From a virus: a stretch of 64,000 nt of DNA. This document shows, in pieces, positions 26,687-36,459 of this stretch. The stretch lies in the IMG/VR virus record IMGVR_UViG_3300027708_000019; one strand, given 5' to 3'. The notes below the pieces were generated by a model. It searched no databases. It was not told the DNA's origin and saw nothing but the letters and a program-made list of their open reading frames with translations. Each line of letters opens with the position of its first letter. Position 1 is the first letter of the stretch. A program made the position numbers and the translations under genes.

Positions 26687-27234
26687 ATATATTTACTGTT
26701 GGCAGGATGATCTAACGAATGTGGCACATCGAACACAAAGGTAAGACGTTCTTCGTCACCAACTTGTTTCGCAGCATGATACTCTTTATTATTAAACCAA
26801 AAGAAAGTTCCTGGCTCAATGATATGTTGCTCATCGCCACATGTGTAAAGATATTTTCCTTGTAGACAAAGATGAAATCTATCACGTGTTTTGTAATATG
26901 TTCCATCATCGATGTGAGACAAAACTTCTCCACCAATTGCCAACTTGAAAAATGCTGCTCGGGAATGTTCAGTTATTCCACGCTCGATCAGCCATTTCCT
27001 AATCTCAGTGTATTTTGTGTATAGTGGTGTGTTCATTTGTAGTTCTGAGTTCTTAGGATTGTCTCCTTCTTTACGAACTACTGCCATAGTCAAAGGCATA
27101 AAGCCATATGGCTTGAGATCGCCAGCAATGTTCTTATAAGAAGACACTGCTTGCCAATCTTGTGGGTTGTCCAATACTTGTTCTAGTATCGAACTAACAT
27201 CAACATTATAATTCCAAAATTTAAAATTACTCAT
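26683..27234 (-). CDS. Aspartyl/asparaginyl beta-hydroxylase-like 2OG-Fe(II) oxygenase
   Basis: HIDDGTYY, RFHLCL, WFNNKEYH, RLTFVFD. Confidence 0.8.
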   Translation of the reverse strand: MSNFKFWNYNVDVSSILEQVLDNPQDWQAVSSYKNIAGDLKPYGFMPLTMAVVRKEGDNPKNSELQMNTPLYTKYTEIRKWLIERGITEHSRAAFFKLAIGGEVLSHIDDGTYYKTRDRFHLCLQGKYLYTCGDEQHIIEPGTFFWFNNKEYHAAKQVGDEERLTFVFDVPHSLDHPANSKYI

Positions 27235-27472
27235 CTATCTGATAAAACCTTTTTTCTTGTATGGTTTTTTCACCAAGTGTTTTTCTTGGATTAGAACACA
27301 TAAAACAATCTGGATTTCCACAATCCATAGCGTGATGTTTATTCAATCTATGTGGTTGTTGCAAATACTTGTTTATACCAGATACTGTTGCTATCTTTAA
27401 CTGTTTTCGTATCTTAACTTCTTTTTGATGGATACGTTTAGAGTGTTGTTCTTTGTCGAGTTCATTTGACAT
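27227..27472 (-). CDS. Hypothetical protein (CxxxxCxxC)
   Basis: HAMDCGNPDCFMCSNPRK. Confidence 0.65.
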   Translation of the reverse strand: MSNELDKEQHSKRIHQKEVKIRKQLKIATVSGINKYLQQPHRLNKHHAMDCGNPDCFMCSNPRKTLGEKTIQEKRFYQIDE

Positions 27473-27500
27473 ATATCCTCCATAGAGTTAAGTAGTAAAG

Positions 27501-27866
27501 TTATTTATCAGTGTCCTTTGAGTATTTTACATCATGTTCATATAAAAACATCAAACAACACATTGCATGTGCCAAATGATTTTTATCAGTTTCGGGATCG
27601 TTTTGTTCACCATTTTTCCATGCCCATAGATGCCTTTGCATTGCGTCAAAGTATCTACGTTTAGAATCAGGAACATGTTTCCAATTATCTGGTTCGTATT
27701 TCTCCGCACCAAATGTCAGAATATCCACAGTTGCTTCTAGAGCAAGTGGAGGCAACAAGCCATATTGAAGTTTACCACCATCAAATTTACGACCACCAGT
27801 AGTGGCAGTTTGAGATGCTTTGATATTATCTTGAATCAAGTCTCTAGTTGTTTTACTTCTAGCCAT
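27501..27866 (-). CDS. DUF5664-like dNTP diphosphohydrolase
   Basis: GRKFDGGK, FGAEKY..DNW, AMQRHL, DPET...HLAHA. Confidence 0.8.
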   Translation of the reverse strand: MARSKTTRDLIQDNIKASQTATTGGRKFDGGKLQYGLLPPLALEATVDILTFGAEKYEPDNWKHVPDSKRRYFDAMQRHLWAWKNGEQNDPETDKNHLAHAMCCLMFLYEHDVKYSKDTDK

Positions 27867-27885
27867 TTGTTTTCTCCATAAATGA

Positions 27886-27918
27886 TGGATCTGGACACTT
27901 TCCCAATGTCCAGATCCA
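27886..27918. other. Long perfect hairpin in the intergenic region
   Basis: tggatctggaca...tgtccagatcca. Confidence 0.6.
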
Positions 27919-27927
27919 GTTACTCAA

Positions 27928-28185
27928 TTAACGTGAGAACATGCCTGTACCAGCAACACGATAAGCGAGAGCGAGCATACGCTTGCTTGGCTTGCCGATG
28001 CGATACTTAACAGCAACTGCGCCATTGCTCAATTTTGCTGTGTTGCTATAAACACAATAACCTTGTTCACGCAAGTTACGAACAGCAGAAGCAGGGTGGG
28101 CGATACCGAAAGAAGCAGCGATTTGCTTTGCGGTAAATGCTTTACCAGCTTGTAGGTGTTTCAACAAAAGACTTTGCTTTGTCAT
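27928..28185 (-). CDS. Winged-helix DNA-binding protein
   Basis: LLKHLQAGKAFTAKQIAASFGI...VRNLREQGY; likely start MTKQS. Confidence 0.7.
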   Translation of the reverse strand: MTKQSLLLKHLQAGKAFTAKQIAASFGIAHPASAVRNLREQGYCVYSNTAKLSNGAVAVKYRIGKPSKRMLALAYRVAGTGMFSR

Positions 28186-28273
28186 AATTAATACTCCATA
28201 AAATAATGTCACCAAATAAATGGGAAAAGGATGCGCTGGTGACCACACGCATCCATCCCACGAAACTATCTAA

Positions 28274-28660
28274 TTAAGAATTGATATCAGCAATGTCTTG
28301 CTTAATACTCTCAAGTTCTTCATCATACCCATCGTCAATCTCAGGAACATCTACGATACCATCGTTAACGATTTGTTCAAACTTTTGTTTTTCTGCATTA
28401 GCAGTTTTCTTTGCTTTCGCAGCAACTGCTTCTGGCATTGGCAAAGCAAACACACCACGACCAACCTTGTTAGGTCCAGTCAACCAGTTAGGGAAACCAA
28501 CTTTCTCCCCACCTTTGGCACGCTTCTCATTCAAAGTCCAGTAGATTGACTCAAGTTCCTTACGGGAAACTGTGCCAGTCTTTTTAACTTCAGGAAATTC
28601 ACGAACAACTGTATCAACGAAACGCTTTTGCGCTTTTGTTAGATCATTATACTTCAACAT
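28274..28660 (-). CDS. Hypothetical protein with a domain shared with the CobS-like N-terminus
   Basis: FPEV..TGTVSR...PNWL...KVGRG, also present in 28710-29849. Confidence 0.65.
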   Translation of the reverse strand: MLKYNDLTKAQKRFVDTVVREFPEVKKTGTVSRKELESIYWTLNEKRAKGGEKVGFPNWLTGPNKVGRGVFALPMPEAVAAKAKKTANAEKQKFEQIVNDGIVDVPEIDDGYDEELESIKQDIADINS

Positions 28661-28691
28661 AATAATACTCCTTTATCAATTTACAAAAATA

Positions 28692-28720
28692 ATTATACCT
28701 GATTTACTATTAAATGTCAA
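28692..28720 (-). promoter_or_regulatory. Consensus sigma70 promoter
   Basis: TTGACA-17bp-TATAAT. Confidence 0.7.
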
Positions 28721-29849
28721 GCACTTTTTCTGTTTCTTCGGAAACAGGTACTTGCTCTGTTACAACAGCAGTTGGTTCCGAAGAAACTTTATCGAACAAG
28801 TCCATAAAAGCATCTTTGGTGTGACTGTCAAATCGATTGATAGCCAACTGTACTGCCTTACGCTTGTCCTTATAGATCGCAAAGTTTTTCACAATGTGAA
28901 CCAAACGACGAGTCGTAATTGTTTCGTCAACACCACCATCCTCGAAGGTGCGACGAATTGCATCAGCCCATTTAATTAGAACCGAAGTAAAATCACCATC
29001 TAAACAGTCAAGAGACTTCATCAGATTGGTAACGATTTTCGCTTCAACCTTTTGACCAGGATATTCCTGCTCGAAGACAATAGCGAACCGCTCGAGGAAT
29101 GCTTCATTCAAGACGTTGGTGCCGATATAGCGACCATCGTCACTGCCTTTACCTTTGGTGTTAGCAGTTGCGATTACATTAAAACCCTTCTGTGGGTATA
29201 CGATTTCGTTCTTGGCTTTGATGTAAAGTGGCTTACCTTCAAGAACACCCTGCAAACACATAAGCAAGTTTGCGCCACCAGCGTCAATCTCATCAATCAA
29301 GATTGGGATACCCTTACGCATCGCAATCACAACTGGACCATCTTCAATAACCACGTTACCTTCAACCAAAGTCTTAGATGCGATCAACTTATCTTCGTCA
29401 TCAGTTGCGTTCAAGTTAACACGGATAAGAGGTGTCTTTTGTTTTGCACAAATCTGTTCAACCATAGTTGACTTACCATTCCCAGTCGGACCTGTGATAT
29501 AGATCGGGTGAAACAATTTAGATTTTACAATCGCTTCAACATCAGTGTGGTTACCCCAAGCAACATAATTGCTATCAACGATTGGAGCAGCAACTGTGGC
29601 TTCAGTAATATATGTAGGTTTGTTCACAGCATTCTCACCGATTTCTTGTTCAACAACTTTACGGACTGTGTTACCACCAGCAATTGCGTAAAGACCACGA
29701 CCAACTTTATTGGTCATCAGCCAGTTAGGATACTTAGTAGTACCCAAGGCATTCATCGTGTCAACAATTTGAGCACGACTAACAGTCCCAGTGTCAACAA
29801 CATCGGGAAACATTTCAAACAATTTAGACTCAAAAACATTTTGTTCCAT
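28710..29849 (-). CDS. CobS/CbbQ/MoxR-like AAA+ ATPase
   Basis: GPTGNGKS, LIDEID, ATANTKGKG, NEAFLERF, TTRRL. Confidence 0.9.
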   Translation of the reverse strand: MEQNVFESKLFEMFPDVVDTGTVSRAQIVDTMNALGTTKYPNWLMTNKVGRGLYAIAGGNTVRKVVEQEIGENAVNKPTYITEATVAAPIVDSNYVAWGNHTDVEAIVKSKLFHPIYITGPTGNGKSTMVEQICAKQKTPLIRVNLNATDDEDKLIASKTLVEGNVVIEDGPVVIAMRKGIPILIDEIDAGGANLLMCLQGVLEGKPLYIKAKNEIVYPQKGFNVIATANTKGKGSDDGRYIGTNVLNEAFLERFAIVFEQEYPGQKVEAKIVTNLMKSLDCLDGDFTSVLIKWADAIRRTFEDGGVDETITTRRLVHIVKNFAIYKDKRKAVQLAINRFDSHTKDAFMDLFDKVSSEPTAVVTEQVPVSEETEKVLDI

Positions 29850-29874
29850 CACAAACTCCATCATGTAAAATTAT

Positions 29875-29931
29875 ATTATACCGCATTTACGAATTAATGT
29901 CAAGCATTAACCCTACAACCTGTAGGGGTTT
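29875..29931 (-). promoter_or_regulatory. sigma70 promoter plus palindrome module
   Basis: TTGACA-17-TATAAT; taaccctac-aacct-gtaggggtt. Confidence 0.75.
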
Positions 29932-30394
29932 ACCAAGACGACTGGTAGTAAAAATCTGCTTTCTCAAAGGCAGGATCAGCAAGGATTTTTCCAATACGTT
30001 GAGCAGTATGATCAACATCGCCCATATACCAGTCATCGTATTCAGTTGAGCCAAAGAAGAAACCACTCTTGGTTGGCAACAATTCACGAGCAAGTTTCTT
30101 ATCTTTAAGAATATCTTGACACAGTTTCATCAAGCTGTCCAACTGTTCACGACTAACACGGTATTCGCCACAATCATCTTCACCATCCTGAACATTGTCA
30201 ACGAACCACTGATGGATTGCGTTGGCTTTACGCCAGTAGGCTACTTTGAAGATAACTTCTTGCGCACCATAATCATTTTCTTCATCGCCATCGACTCCGA
30301 ACAAATCATTAATGGAAGCAATCTTATCAGAATCAGCTGGATCGAAATACTTACTCATATATTTCCTTGCTGACAAATACATATCCAAACCCAT
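29930..30394 (-). CDS. Hypothetical phage protein
   Basis: MGLDMYL, YWRKANAIHQWF, LLPT.SGFFFGS, YYQSSW. Confidence 0.8.
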   Translation of the reverse strand: MGLDMYLSARKYMSKYFDPADSDKIASINDLFGVDGDEENDYGAQEVIFKVAYWRKANAIHQWFVDNVQDGEDDCGEYRVSREQLDSLMKLCQDILKDKKLARELLPTKSGFFFGSTEYDDWYMGDVDHTAQRIGKILADPAFEKADFYYQSSW

Positions 30395-30426
30395 AATCTA
30401 ACTCCTTTTATCAATTCAATAGAGTA

Positions 30427-30519
30427 ATTATACTCTAAACCCGAATAAATGTCAAGCACTTTATTGGGATAACCCTACGTCTTGTAGGGTTATTTTTCCC
30501 ATTTAAAATCAATGACTTA
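30427..30519 (-). promoter_or_regulatory. sigma70 promoter plus palindrome plus IHF-consensus site
   Basis: TTGACA-17-TATAAT; ataaccctac-gtctt-gtagggttat at 30469-30493; AATCAATGACTTA at 30507-30519. Confidence 0.75.
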
Positions 30520-32790
30520 CGCAACCGCAGCCACAAACCGATTCAGAAGGATTCGGCTGGTCTTCTTTGCCCCCAAATATTTGCCGAATTTCTTAGCAAT
30601 TTGGTTCGAAGTCAGATTAGCCATACCCTCATCGAGTTCGGTTTCATCAACTTTGATTGAGTTCGGCAACAAGAACATTTCTGTATGACCAGTCATGGTG
30701 ATTGGGAAGAACATCTCATCGTTGAAACCCTTACGGATTTTGATAGCCAAGTCATTTTCTTGGTAGCTGTTGGTAGCAATACCATAGCGACCAATTGTGT
30801 ACATAAGTTCACGACGACCTTTACCAACAACATGATAACCAACAACGCTGGCATCATAACGATCTTGAATCATTTTACAGATAATGTTGGTACAACTATG
30901 AGCAGCGTAGGTATACGTTTTCTTTGAAACTTTGTCAGTCAACAGAGTAACAATCTTTGTACGTTTACGTTCACCATCTTCATAAGAATAGTCCATTGTG
31001 TTGATCCACTCTGAACCTTTGGATACATCATCAGTAAAGTAAGAAGTAGCACCAGTGGCATCACCATCGGTCAACTTGATGACAGTCAATTTCTCAACTT
31101 GGTTAACAGTTTTGAATTCACCGACATAGTTATACAACCACATCATACCTTCGTTGAGCGGAGTGCCATTGAGTTCGTACTTACCACTGAATTTTACATT
31201 CTGGTCAATATACTCAGACTCATGACAATAAGGTGAGCGGAAACGACCAGTCGTACTCATTATGTATAGATTTTTACAAGCAGTATTGAATTCACTGTTT
31301 GTCATCTTATGGCTGAAGAATTCAATCATCTGAAAATCATGAGTGAAAGTCAGAGTATTTGGCTGAGACATCACTGTATGATCATGCGCACGTTCTTCAG
31401 CAGTTTTCTCACAGTTATCGCTGAAGGCAAATACTTCAAATGGAATCTTTAGACGATAGCAGAATGTAACCAAAGAGATCAACTGTTTTACAGTTTCCTC
31501 AAGGTAATCTCCCATCGAACCAGACCAGTCGATAGTAAACACCATACCATGTTTCTTACCATCCTTAGTGATTTGAATTTGTTTGAACAAGTCCTCACGG
31601 ATTTTGTAAGAAGCAAGTTTACGAACATCAAGAACACCAGTCTTAGCAACGCTGGTACGTTTGTAGTCAGACGCAGCTTTCTTCATCTCAAATTCTTTGA
31701 TGAGATAGTTTACGATACGACTAGTATCAACACGGAATTGATCATAGTTCTTTTCTGAAGTTGTAAACATCTCATAGAATCGTGCCTGTGGATTCTTAAA
31801 CTGTTTCAACATCATAGTTGTCTCAGCAAGATAAGTTTTGTAAGGAATACGGATGTGTTTCGTTTTGCTTGTATCAGGCAACGACACTTGAATGTACTTG
31901 GTTGAAGTATCGGCAGACTCAGCCAGTTTCTCAGCGAATGCGTTTTGAGTAATACTCTCAGTAGCATCATCAGGCAACGATGGCTCGTCGGATTGTTTCA
32001 CCTCATCAGGTGCTTGGTTACCCTTTACCTTAACTTCTTCCTGTTCTTCATCAGGTGTTTCGTCAGTTTCCTCAGGATCACTGTAGTCAACATCGGATGC
32101 CCAGTCGTCATCGTCAAAAGATTCATCTTGCTGTAGTTCAAGTTGTTCTTCCAACAAATCTTTAGCAGCATCTTCTGCTTCCTCTTGTTTCATTTTCTTG
32201 TACTCAGAATCATTTTCACGTTCTTTGTGCTTACGCTCATTTTCACGTTTGATGAATTCATAGATTGCGTTACCAAGAGAAACCACATTGTCGATGGACT
32301 CAAGTTTCTCAGCACGTTCGACAAGATATTTCTCAGCGACAGAGAATCGCACACCAGATTTGAAACCAACTTTGAACCAAAGATTGATACGATCAATCAA
32401 ACTCAATTGAGTTACATCGCGACGACTCACATTAAAGAAATCCAATTCATTCAACTCAGCGTAACCCAAGTTGAAAGTTTTACGCAGTCCTGGATACTTA
32501 CGCTTCATCAATTTCTCGATGCGAGCATCTTCTAAAATGTTAAGAATAGCAAAGGGAACAGAGGATTTTTGTGCTTTCTCAGCAAACAGTTTTTCATCGG
32601 TATAGATAGCATGACCAACTTCGTGGGCTTTCAGCATTTCCTCAATTTGAGGTGTCATGTTTTGCCACATTGGCAATGTTAAAATTCGATTCCTAACATC
32701 AAACGAAGCAGTCTTAACAGGTGCTCGGTTGATGAGTAAGTTTTCCTGAGCCAACAGGCGAGTGGATAAGTCGTTCGTAATTTCAGTCAT
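30517..32790 (-). CDS. CobT-like protein: HExxH metallopeptidase domain, acidic linker and vWA domain
   Basis: AHEVGH, NILEDARIE, DWSGSM (MIDAS), GTPL, LTDGD; partner of the AAA+ ATPase. Confidence 0.85.
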   Translation of the reverse strand: MTEITNDLSTRLLAQENLLINRAPVKTASFDVRNRILTLPMWQNMTPQIEEMLKAHEVGHAIYTDEKLFAEKAQKSSVPFAILNILEDARIEKLMKRKYPGLRKTFNLGYAELNELDFFNVSRRDVTQLSLIDRINLWFKVGFKSGVRFSVAEKYLVERAEKLESIDNVVSLGNAIYEFIKRENERKHKERENDSEYKKMKQEEAEDAAKDLLEEQLELQQDESFDDDDWASDVDYSDPEETDETPDEEQEEVKVKGNQAPDEVKQSDEPSLPDDATESITQNAFAEKLAESADTSTKYIQVSLPDTSKTKHIRIPYKTYLAETTMMLKQFKNPQARFYEMFTTSEKNYDQFRVDTSRIVNYLIKEFEMKKAASDYKRTSVAKTGVLDVRKLASYKIREDLFKQIQITKDGKKHGMVFTIDWSGSMGDYLEETVKQLISLVTFCYRLKIPFEVFAFSDNCEKTAEERAHDHTVMSQPNTLTFTHDFQMIEFFSHKMTNSEFNTACKNLYIMSTTGRFRSPYCHESEYIDQNVKFSGKYELNGTPLNEGMMWLYNYVGEFKTVNQVEKLTVIKLTDGDATGATSYFTDDVSKGSEWINTMDYSYEDGERKRTKIVTLLTDKVSKKTYTYAAHSCTNIICKMIQDRYDASVVGYHVVGKGRRELMYTIGRYGIATNSYQENDLAIKIRKGFNDEMFFPITMTGHTEMFLLPNSIKVDETELDEGMANLTSNQIAKKFGKYLGAKKTSRILLNRFVAAVA

Positions 32791-32813
32791 CGTTTTCTCC
32801 AATTTATAGAGTA

Positions 32814-32900
32814 ATTATACACTATTTCGGAATAAATGTCAATACCCCTGCAAAGTCTTATCTGCAGGGGTTTGAATAACCCTACTGTTCGGAGGGTTAT
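32814..32900 (-). promoter_or_regulatory. sigma70 promoter plus extra hairpin plus palindrome module
   Basis: TTGACA-17-TATAAT; acccctgca...tgcaggggt; ataaccctac-tgttc-ggagggttat. Confidence 0.75.
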
Positions 32901-34030
32901 AGTGCACGCCAGTCGTAGAAGGTTTCGACTTTCTTGGTCAGCACAGCCTCAGCCTGTGAGTTGCGGAAGATGTAGCGACCTTCCTGTGGGAATACTTGAT
33001 ATAAGTCATTTGGTTTAAATGTCAAGTCAATCCAGCGATCTCCATCCTCATCGTCATCAATAGCAGCAGTAAGAGCAGGAGCCAGAGTAGATTTGATTTT
33101 ACCTTTGGTTCCCTTTACTACAGGTTTTGTTTTCTTAGACTTGAAGAAGAAAGAGAAACACACATCATCATTGAGAGGATTACCTTTCCACTCATCGCGA
33201 CGTAGTTCAGTAATTTTCTCACCCTCAAATGTAACTTCAACAGAATACTTTGAACCTGAGTCAAACTCTGGCTTGGCATTCAGAATACGCAGGGCATCGG
33301 CTGGTGATTCATCATAGCGATTCATCTCCTCAACCAGTGCCTTCAACATGTCAAAATTAAACTGATCGAACATAGATGCGATCGTGCAGATTTTCTCAAT
33401 GTATTGTTTAGCATTAAGATTATCTTGGCAGTACTCAATGATGAAGGCATGGTCTAAACCTTTGTAGTCGATCATGTAGTACAGGCGACCAGGACGATTG
33501 CGCATATGAGAGTTGATGCGCCACTTGTCATTACAAGTTAGAACAAACAGTTTCTTGGTAGGAAACACACCATCCATCAAAGTCAGAACAGCTTCCTGAG
33601 TTTCTTCACCATAAACTTTCTCAAACTCATCAAACATAATGATGGCTGGCTGGTTGATGTCTTGAATCAACTTGTTAAATTTATCACCATGCCAATCGGT
33701 GTTGATGATAATAGTAGGAATACCTTTGTTACCAGCTTCGATAGACAGAGTCTTAGCAAGCAAAGTTTTACCTGAACCTTTCTCACCATTCAGAAGCACA
33801 CCTGTTGACATCTCACGTGAGTCAAATGTGTTGAGAATGCGATCTGCGTTCTTCAGCGCATCACCATAAACTTTCTTGATTGGTTTAAATTGTTCGACTT
33901 CCTCAAGGAAGAAGTTCTCGAACGGATCGATCTTTACGATGTAGTTTCCAGCAGGAAGAAACTCATGGACTTCGATGGCTTTGTCATCGGCAACACGGAA
34001 CGTATTACCATTACGAAAAAAATGTGACAT
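32897..34030 (-). CDS. AAA-family ATPase
   Basis: GEKGSGKT, MFDEFEK, NRPGR. Confidence 0.85.
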   Translation of the reverse strand: MSHFFRNGNTFRVADDKAIEVHEFLPAGNYIVKIDPFENFFLEEVEQFKPIKKVYGDALKNADRILNTFDSREMSTGVLLNGEKGSGKTLLAKTLSIEAGNKGIPTIIINTDWHGDKFNKLIQDINQPAIIMFDEFEKVYGEETQEAVLTLMDGVFPTKKLFVLTCNDKWRINSHMRNRPGRLYYMIDYKGLDHAFIIEYCQDNLNAKQYIEKICTIASMFDQFNFDMLKALVEEMNRYDESPADALRILNAKPEFDSGSKYSVEVTFEGEKITELRRDEWKGNPLNDDVCFSFFFKSKKTKPVVKGTKGKIKSTLAPALTAAIDDDEDGDRWIDLTFKPNDLYQVFPQEGRYIFRNSQAEAVLTKKVETFYDWRAL

Positions 34031-34065
34031 TGTAACTCCTTGATGAATGTCAGCTTCAAAATTAT

Positions 34066-34094
34066 ATTATACCTGCTAAGTCCTTATTTGTCAA
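34066..34094 (-). promoter_or_regulatory. Consensus sigma70 promoter
   Basis: TTGACA-17bp-TATAAT. Confidence 0.7.
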
Positions 34095-34200
34095 GGACTA
34101 TTTCCGAATAAATATTCGGACAGTGGGTCAATAACGCATAGCAGGATGCCGTGGGTAAGGTTTTCGTTATTTCCCCCACAACTGGCCAAATGCTACACTG

Positions 34201-34422
34201 TCACTCTCCACCAAAGTATTCGATGAGTTTGTTCATAGAACGGATCAGGACAAAGTTGTTCGCTAGATCGTCAGGATGTAGCCAGTAGCCATCAGGATTG
34301 TCCTCGCTCTTAGGATTAGCCAACCACTGGTCGTTCTCCGACTTAAGATAGTTGCGATAATCAATCAGAGTTGCCTTAGTAATACCATCAGCAACTTCAC
34401 TTGGGATTTTAATTTCTCTCAT
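34201..34422 (-). CDS. Hypothetical protein
   Basis: ORF coupled to its upstream neighbour. Confidence 0.6.
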   Translation of the reverse strand: MREIKIPSEVADGITKATLIDYRNYLKSENDQWLANPKSEDNPDGYWLHPDDLANNFVLIRSMNKLIEYFGGE

Positions 34423-34763
34423 CGACTCACTCTCAATTCTGCATCTGGATTATCCCAGCATGCGTTACGATACTTATACACAAAGTCACAGAGTCCTTCA
34501 TATGAACCCCATCCATTCTCTGGATTGAATTTCTTATACTTTTCTGGATCTGATAGTAGATCATTCCAACCTTCATCAAGAAATTCTGAGATATCTTTAG
34601 CGTATTTCCAACCACACTCATCTGGACGCCATAGTACATGATACAAAGTTGCTCCATTTGATAATTCTACTTTAGCAGCCATTATATTCAGATTGTGCGT
34701 GATATTACCTTCATACACAGAGACTGGTTGCGTCACCATTAAATCAACATCTAAACTCATCAA
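34419..34763 (-). CDS. Hypothetical phage protein
   Basis: NITHNL..MA, LWRP, NPENGWGSY. Confidence 0.7.
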   Translation of the reverse strand: MMSLDVDLMVTQPVSVYEGNITHNLNIMAAKVELSNGATLYHVLWRPDECGWKYAKDISEFLDEGWNDLLSDPEKYKKFNPENGWGSYEGLCDFVYKYRNACWDNPDAELRVSR

Positions 34764-34955
34764 GTCACTCCATTTATAAAATCAACAACAGCTTGAATCA
34801 AGTAAGGATCCAAGTGTAACTTATGGGCAATATCATTTACCCCAAAACGCTCCATCATTTCTCTAACTTCTAAGACCAAACTTCTGTTGAACATACGATT
34901 CTCCTTTTAGTGGCTCGTATATATACAACGCTCGAACAGAGAGTTTGGTTGACGA

Positions 34956-35366
34956 TTAGTTAATCCAACCTGCAATAGTAACATGAGATTTTTTTATATT
35001 GTGTGCTGTCAACAGCCATTCCGACAGTCTCCTAAGAGATAATCCTTGTTTACGCATACTTCTCACATCCTCTATAATTTCCAATTCTTTTGTATTCTTT
35101 ATCAGTTTATTATTCTTAAGTCTATAACCAAAGGGAACATGTCCTCCTAGGAATATTCCGTTTTCTTTTTGTTTCGTTTTGGCTGCTCGGATTAGTTCAG
35201 CTGAATGAACACGATTGCTAGAAAGGTTGTGTATCTTTACATGATGTTTTGAACATAAAGTCAATATATTTTCTTCTTCATCAGAACCACCAAGGGATTT
35301 TGGCACTACATGATGATGCTCCAATTTATCAGTTACCCCACACAGAACACAGAAATTAAGTTTCAT
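34956..35366 (-). CDS. HNH endonuclease fused to a recombinase-type DNA-binding domain
   Basis: CVLC, HHVVPKSLGG...NILTLCSKHH; C-terminal GGHVPFGY...E..II.......GLSLRRLS. Confidence 0.7.
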   Translation of the reverse strand: MKLNFCVLCGVTDKLEHHHVVPKSLGGSDEEENILTLCSKHHVKIHNLSSNRVHSAELIRAAKTKQKENGIFLGGHVPFGYRLKNNKLIKNTKELEIIEDVRSMRKQGLSLRRLSEWLLTAHNIKKSHVTIAGWIN

Positions 35367-35367
35367 T

Positions 35368-35862
35368 TCAGAACAACCTCTCAACAATAATAGCACTACC
35401 CATGTCATCACCAAGAGTAAGGTTATCATAATGGGTACGCACAAGACCCTTACGATCCAAGCCAACAATAGCAATAATGTTCACCATCATACCAAGCTGG
35501 GTTCGGATTTTTTCTAGATCGCTCAAGTCATCCGTACCCTCAGCAGAAGCCAACATACAAGTCAGAAGCATAATCTGCTCCATACTTTCTTCAACACCAG
35601 CAGACACCAAGTCAGCCAACTCAAGCAGTTCATTCATGCTGGTTTCAGGTAGCGCACGGAACCAGTCTCCAATTCTCACATACGGATTTTTTTGTAAATC
35701 CATAGCAAGCAATCTAATAGTAGGCGACACATGGGAAGCCATAGCAATCTCAGAAAGGTTAAGAGAATAACCCTCCTCGCTAAACTCGATACGAAAATCA
35801 TCCTCATCCATCACCATTCTCCTTATATCATCATTCTGTCGTTTACGCCAAAGACTAGCCAT
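35368..35862 (-). CDS. Hypothetical protein
   Basis: Long ORF; start uncertain. Confidence 0.6.
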   Translation of the reverse strand: MASLWRKRQNDDIRRMVMDEDDFRIEFSEEGYSLNLSEIAMASHVSPTIRLLAMDLQKNPYVRIGDWFRALPETSMNELLELADLVSAGVEESMEQIMLLTCMLASAEGTDDLSDLEKIRTQLGMMVNIIAIVGLDRKGLVRTHYDNLTLGDDMGSAIIVERLF

Positions 35863-36014
35863 TATACCCTCACTGGTCCAAGATGCCAAGAGGTAGGTGA
35901 GTATAGAGATTCTATTAGTCGCCTTGCCTGAAACACATCATTTGCTTGCACAATCACTTCTATCATCGATCCCCCAACCTTTGGTGTAATCGTTGCTTTC
36001 CATGAACTACTCAT
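35862..36014 (-). CDS. Hypothetical protein
   Basis: Likely start MSSSWKAT after GAGG. Confidence 0.5.
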   Translation of the reverse strand: MSSSWKATITPKVGGSMIEVIVQANDVFQARRLIESLYSPTSWHLGPVRV

Positions 36015-36178
36015 AATTATCCTCATCATATAAGCCACGCATCTCCATCTGCTCTTCAATCATGGTGAGATAATGTTCATCATCCACACTGAGAGAGGTA
36101 AGTGTTGAGTAAAAGTTGTATGCCTCAAACACTTCACTGTCTGTCATGTTAATGGGATTAAGTCTTATTGTCATAGTG

Positions 36179-36397
36179 TTACCTTATTAAATCAATATAC
36201 TCGCCAAAGTGTGTGTCAAATACAGCCAGTAAGTGTTCATAATCCCCTGCCTGCATTTCTTCAGTGATCGCTTTCCAGTCTAAGCCATTGTCCTTAGCAA
36301 TCTGCTTAGCATAACCAAGAAGTGCGAATGCGTTGCCATCTGGACCCCTAAGATTAATGTAAGGTTTACGTCCCTTCAAGTCTTCGATAATAGCCAT
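36179..36397 (-). CDS. Hypothetical phage protein
   Basis: LRGPDGNAFALLG, GDYEHL. Confidence 0.75.
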   Translation of the reverse strand: MAIIEDLKGRKPYINLRGPDGNAFALLGYAKQIAKDNGLDWKAITEEMQAGDYEHLLAVFDTHFGEYIDLIR

Positions 36398-36430
36398 TCA
36401 TATTCTCCATTTAGAATTGTATACACTGAT

Positions 36431-36459
36431 ATTATACCTGAATGCGGTATTAATGTCAA
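36431..36459 (-). promoter_or_regulatory. Consensus sigma70 promoter
   Basis: TTGACA-17bp-TATAAT. Confidence 0.7.

Noticed and set aside
27501-27866. DUF5664 as evidence of a 2-aminoadenine (dZ) genome
   Set aside because: No purZ or datZ in the window; this family also occurs without dZ synthesis.
28710-32790. cobS/cobT as cobalamin-synthesis auxiliary genes
   Set aside because: No cobN or other cob genes; the motifs support only a generic MoxR-type AAA+/vWA pair.
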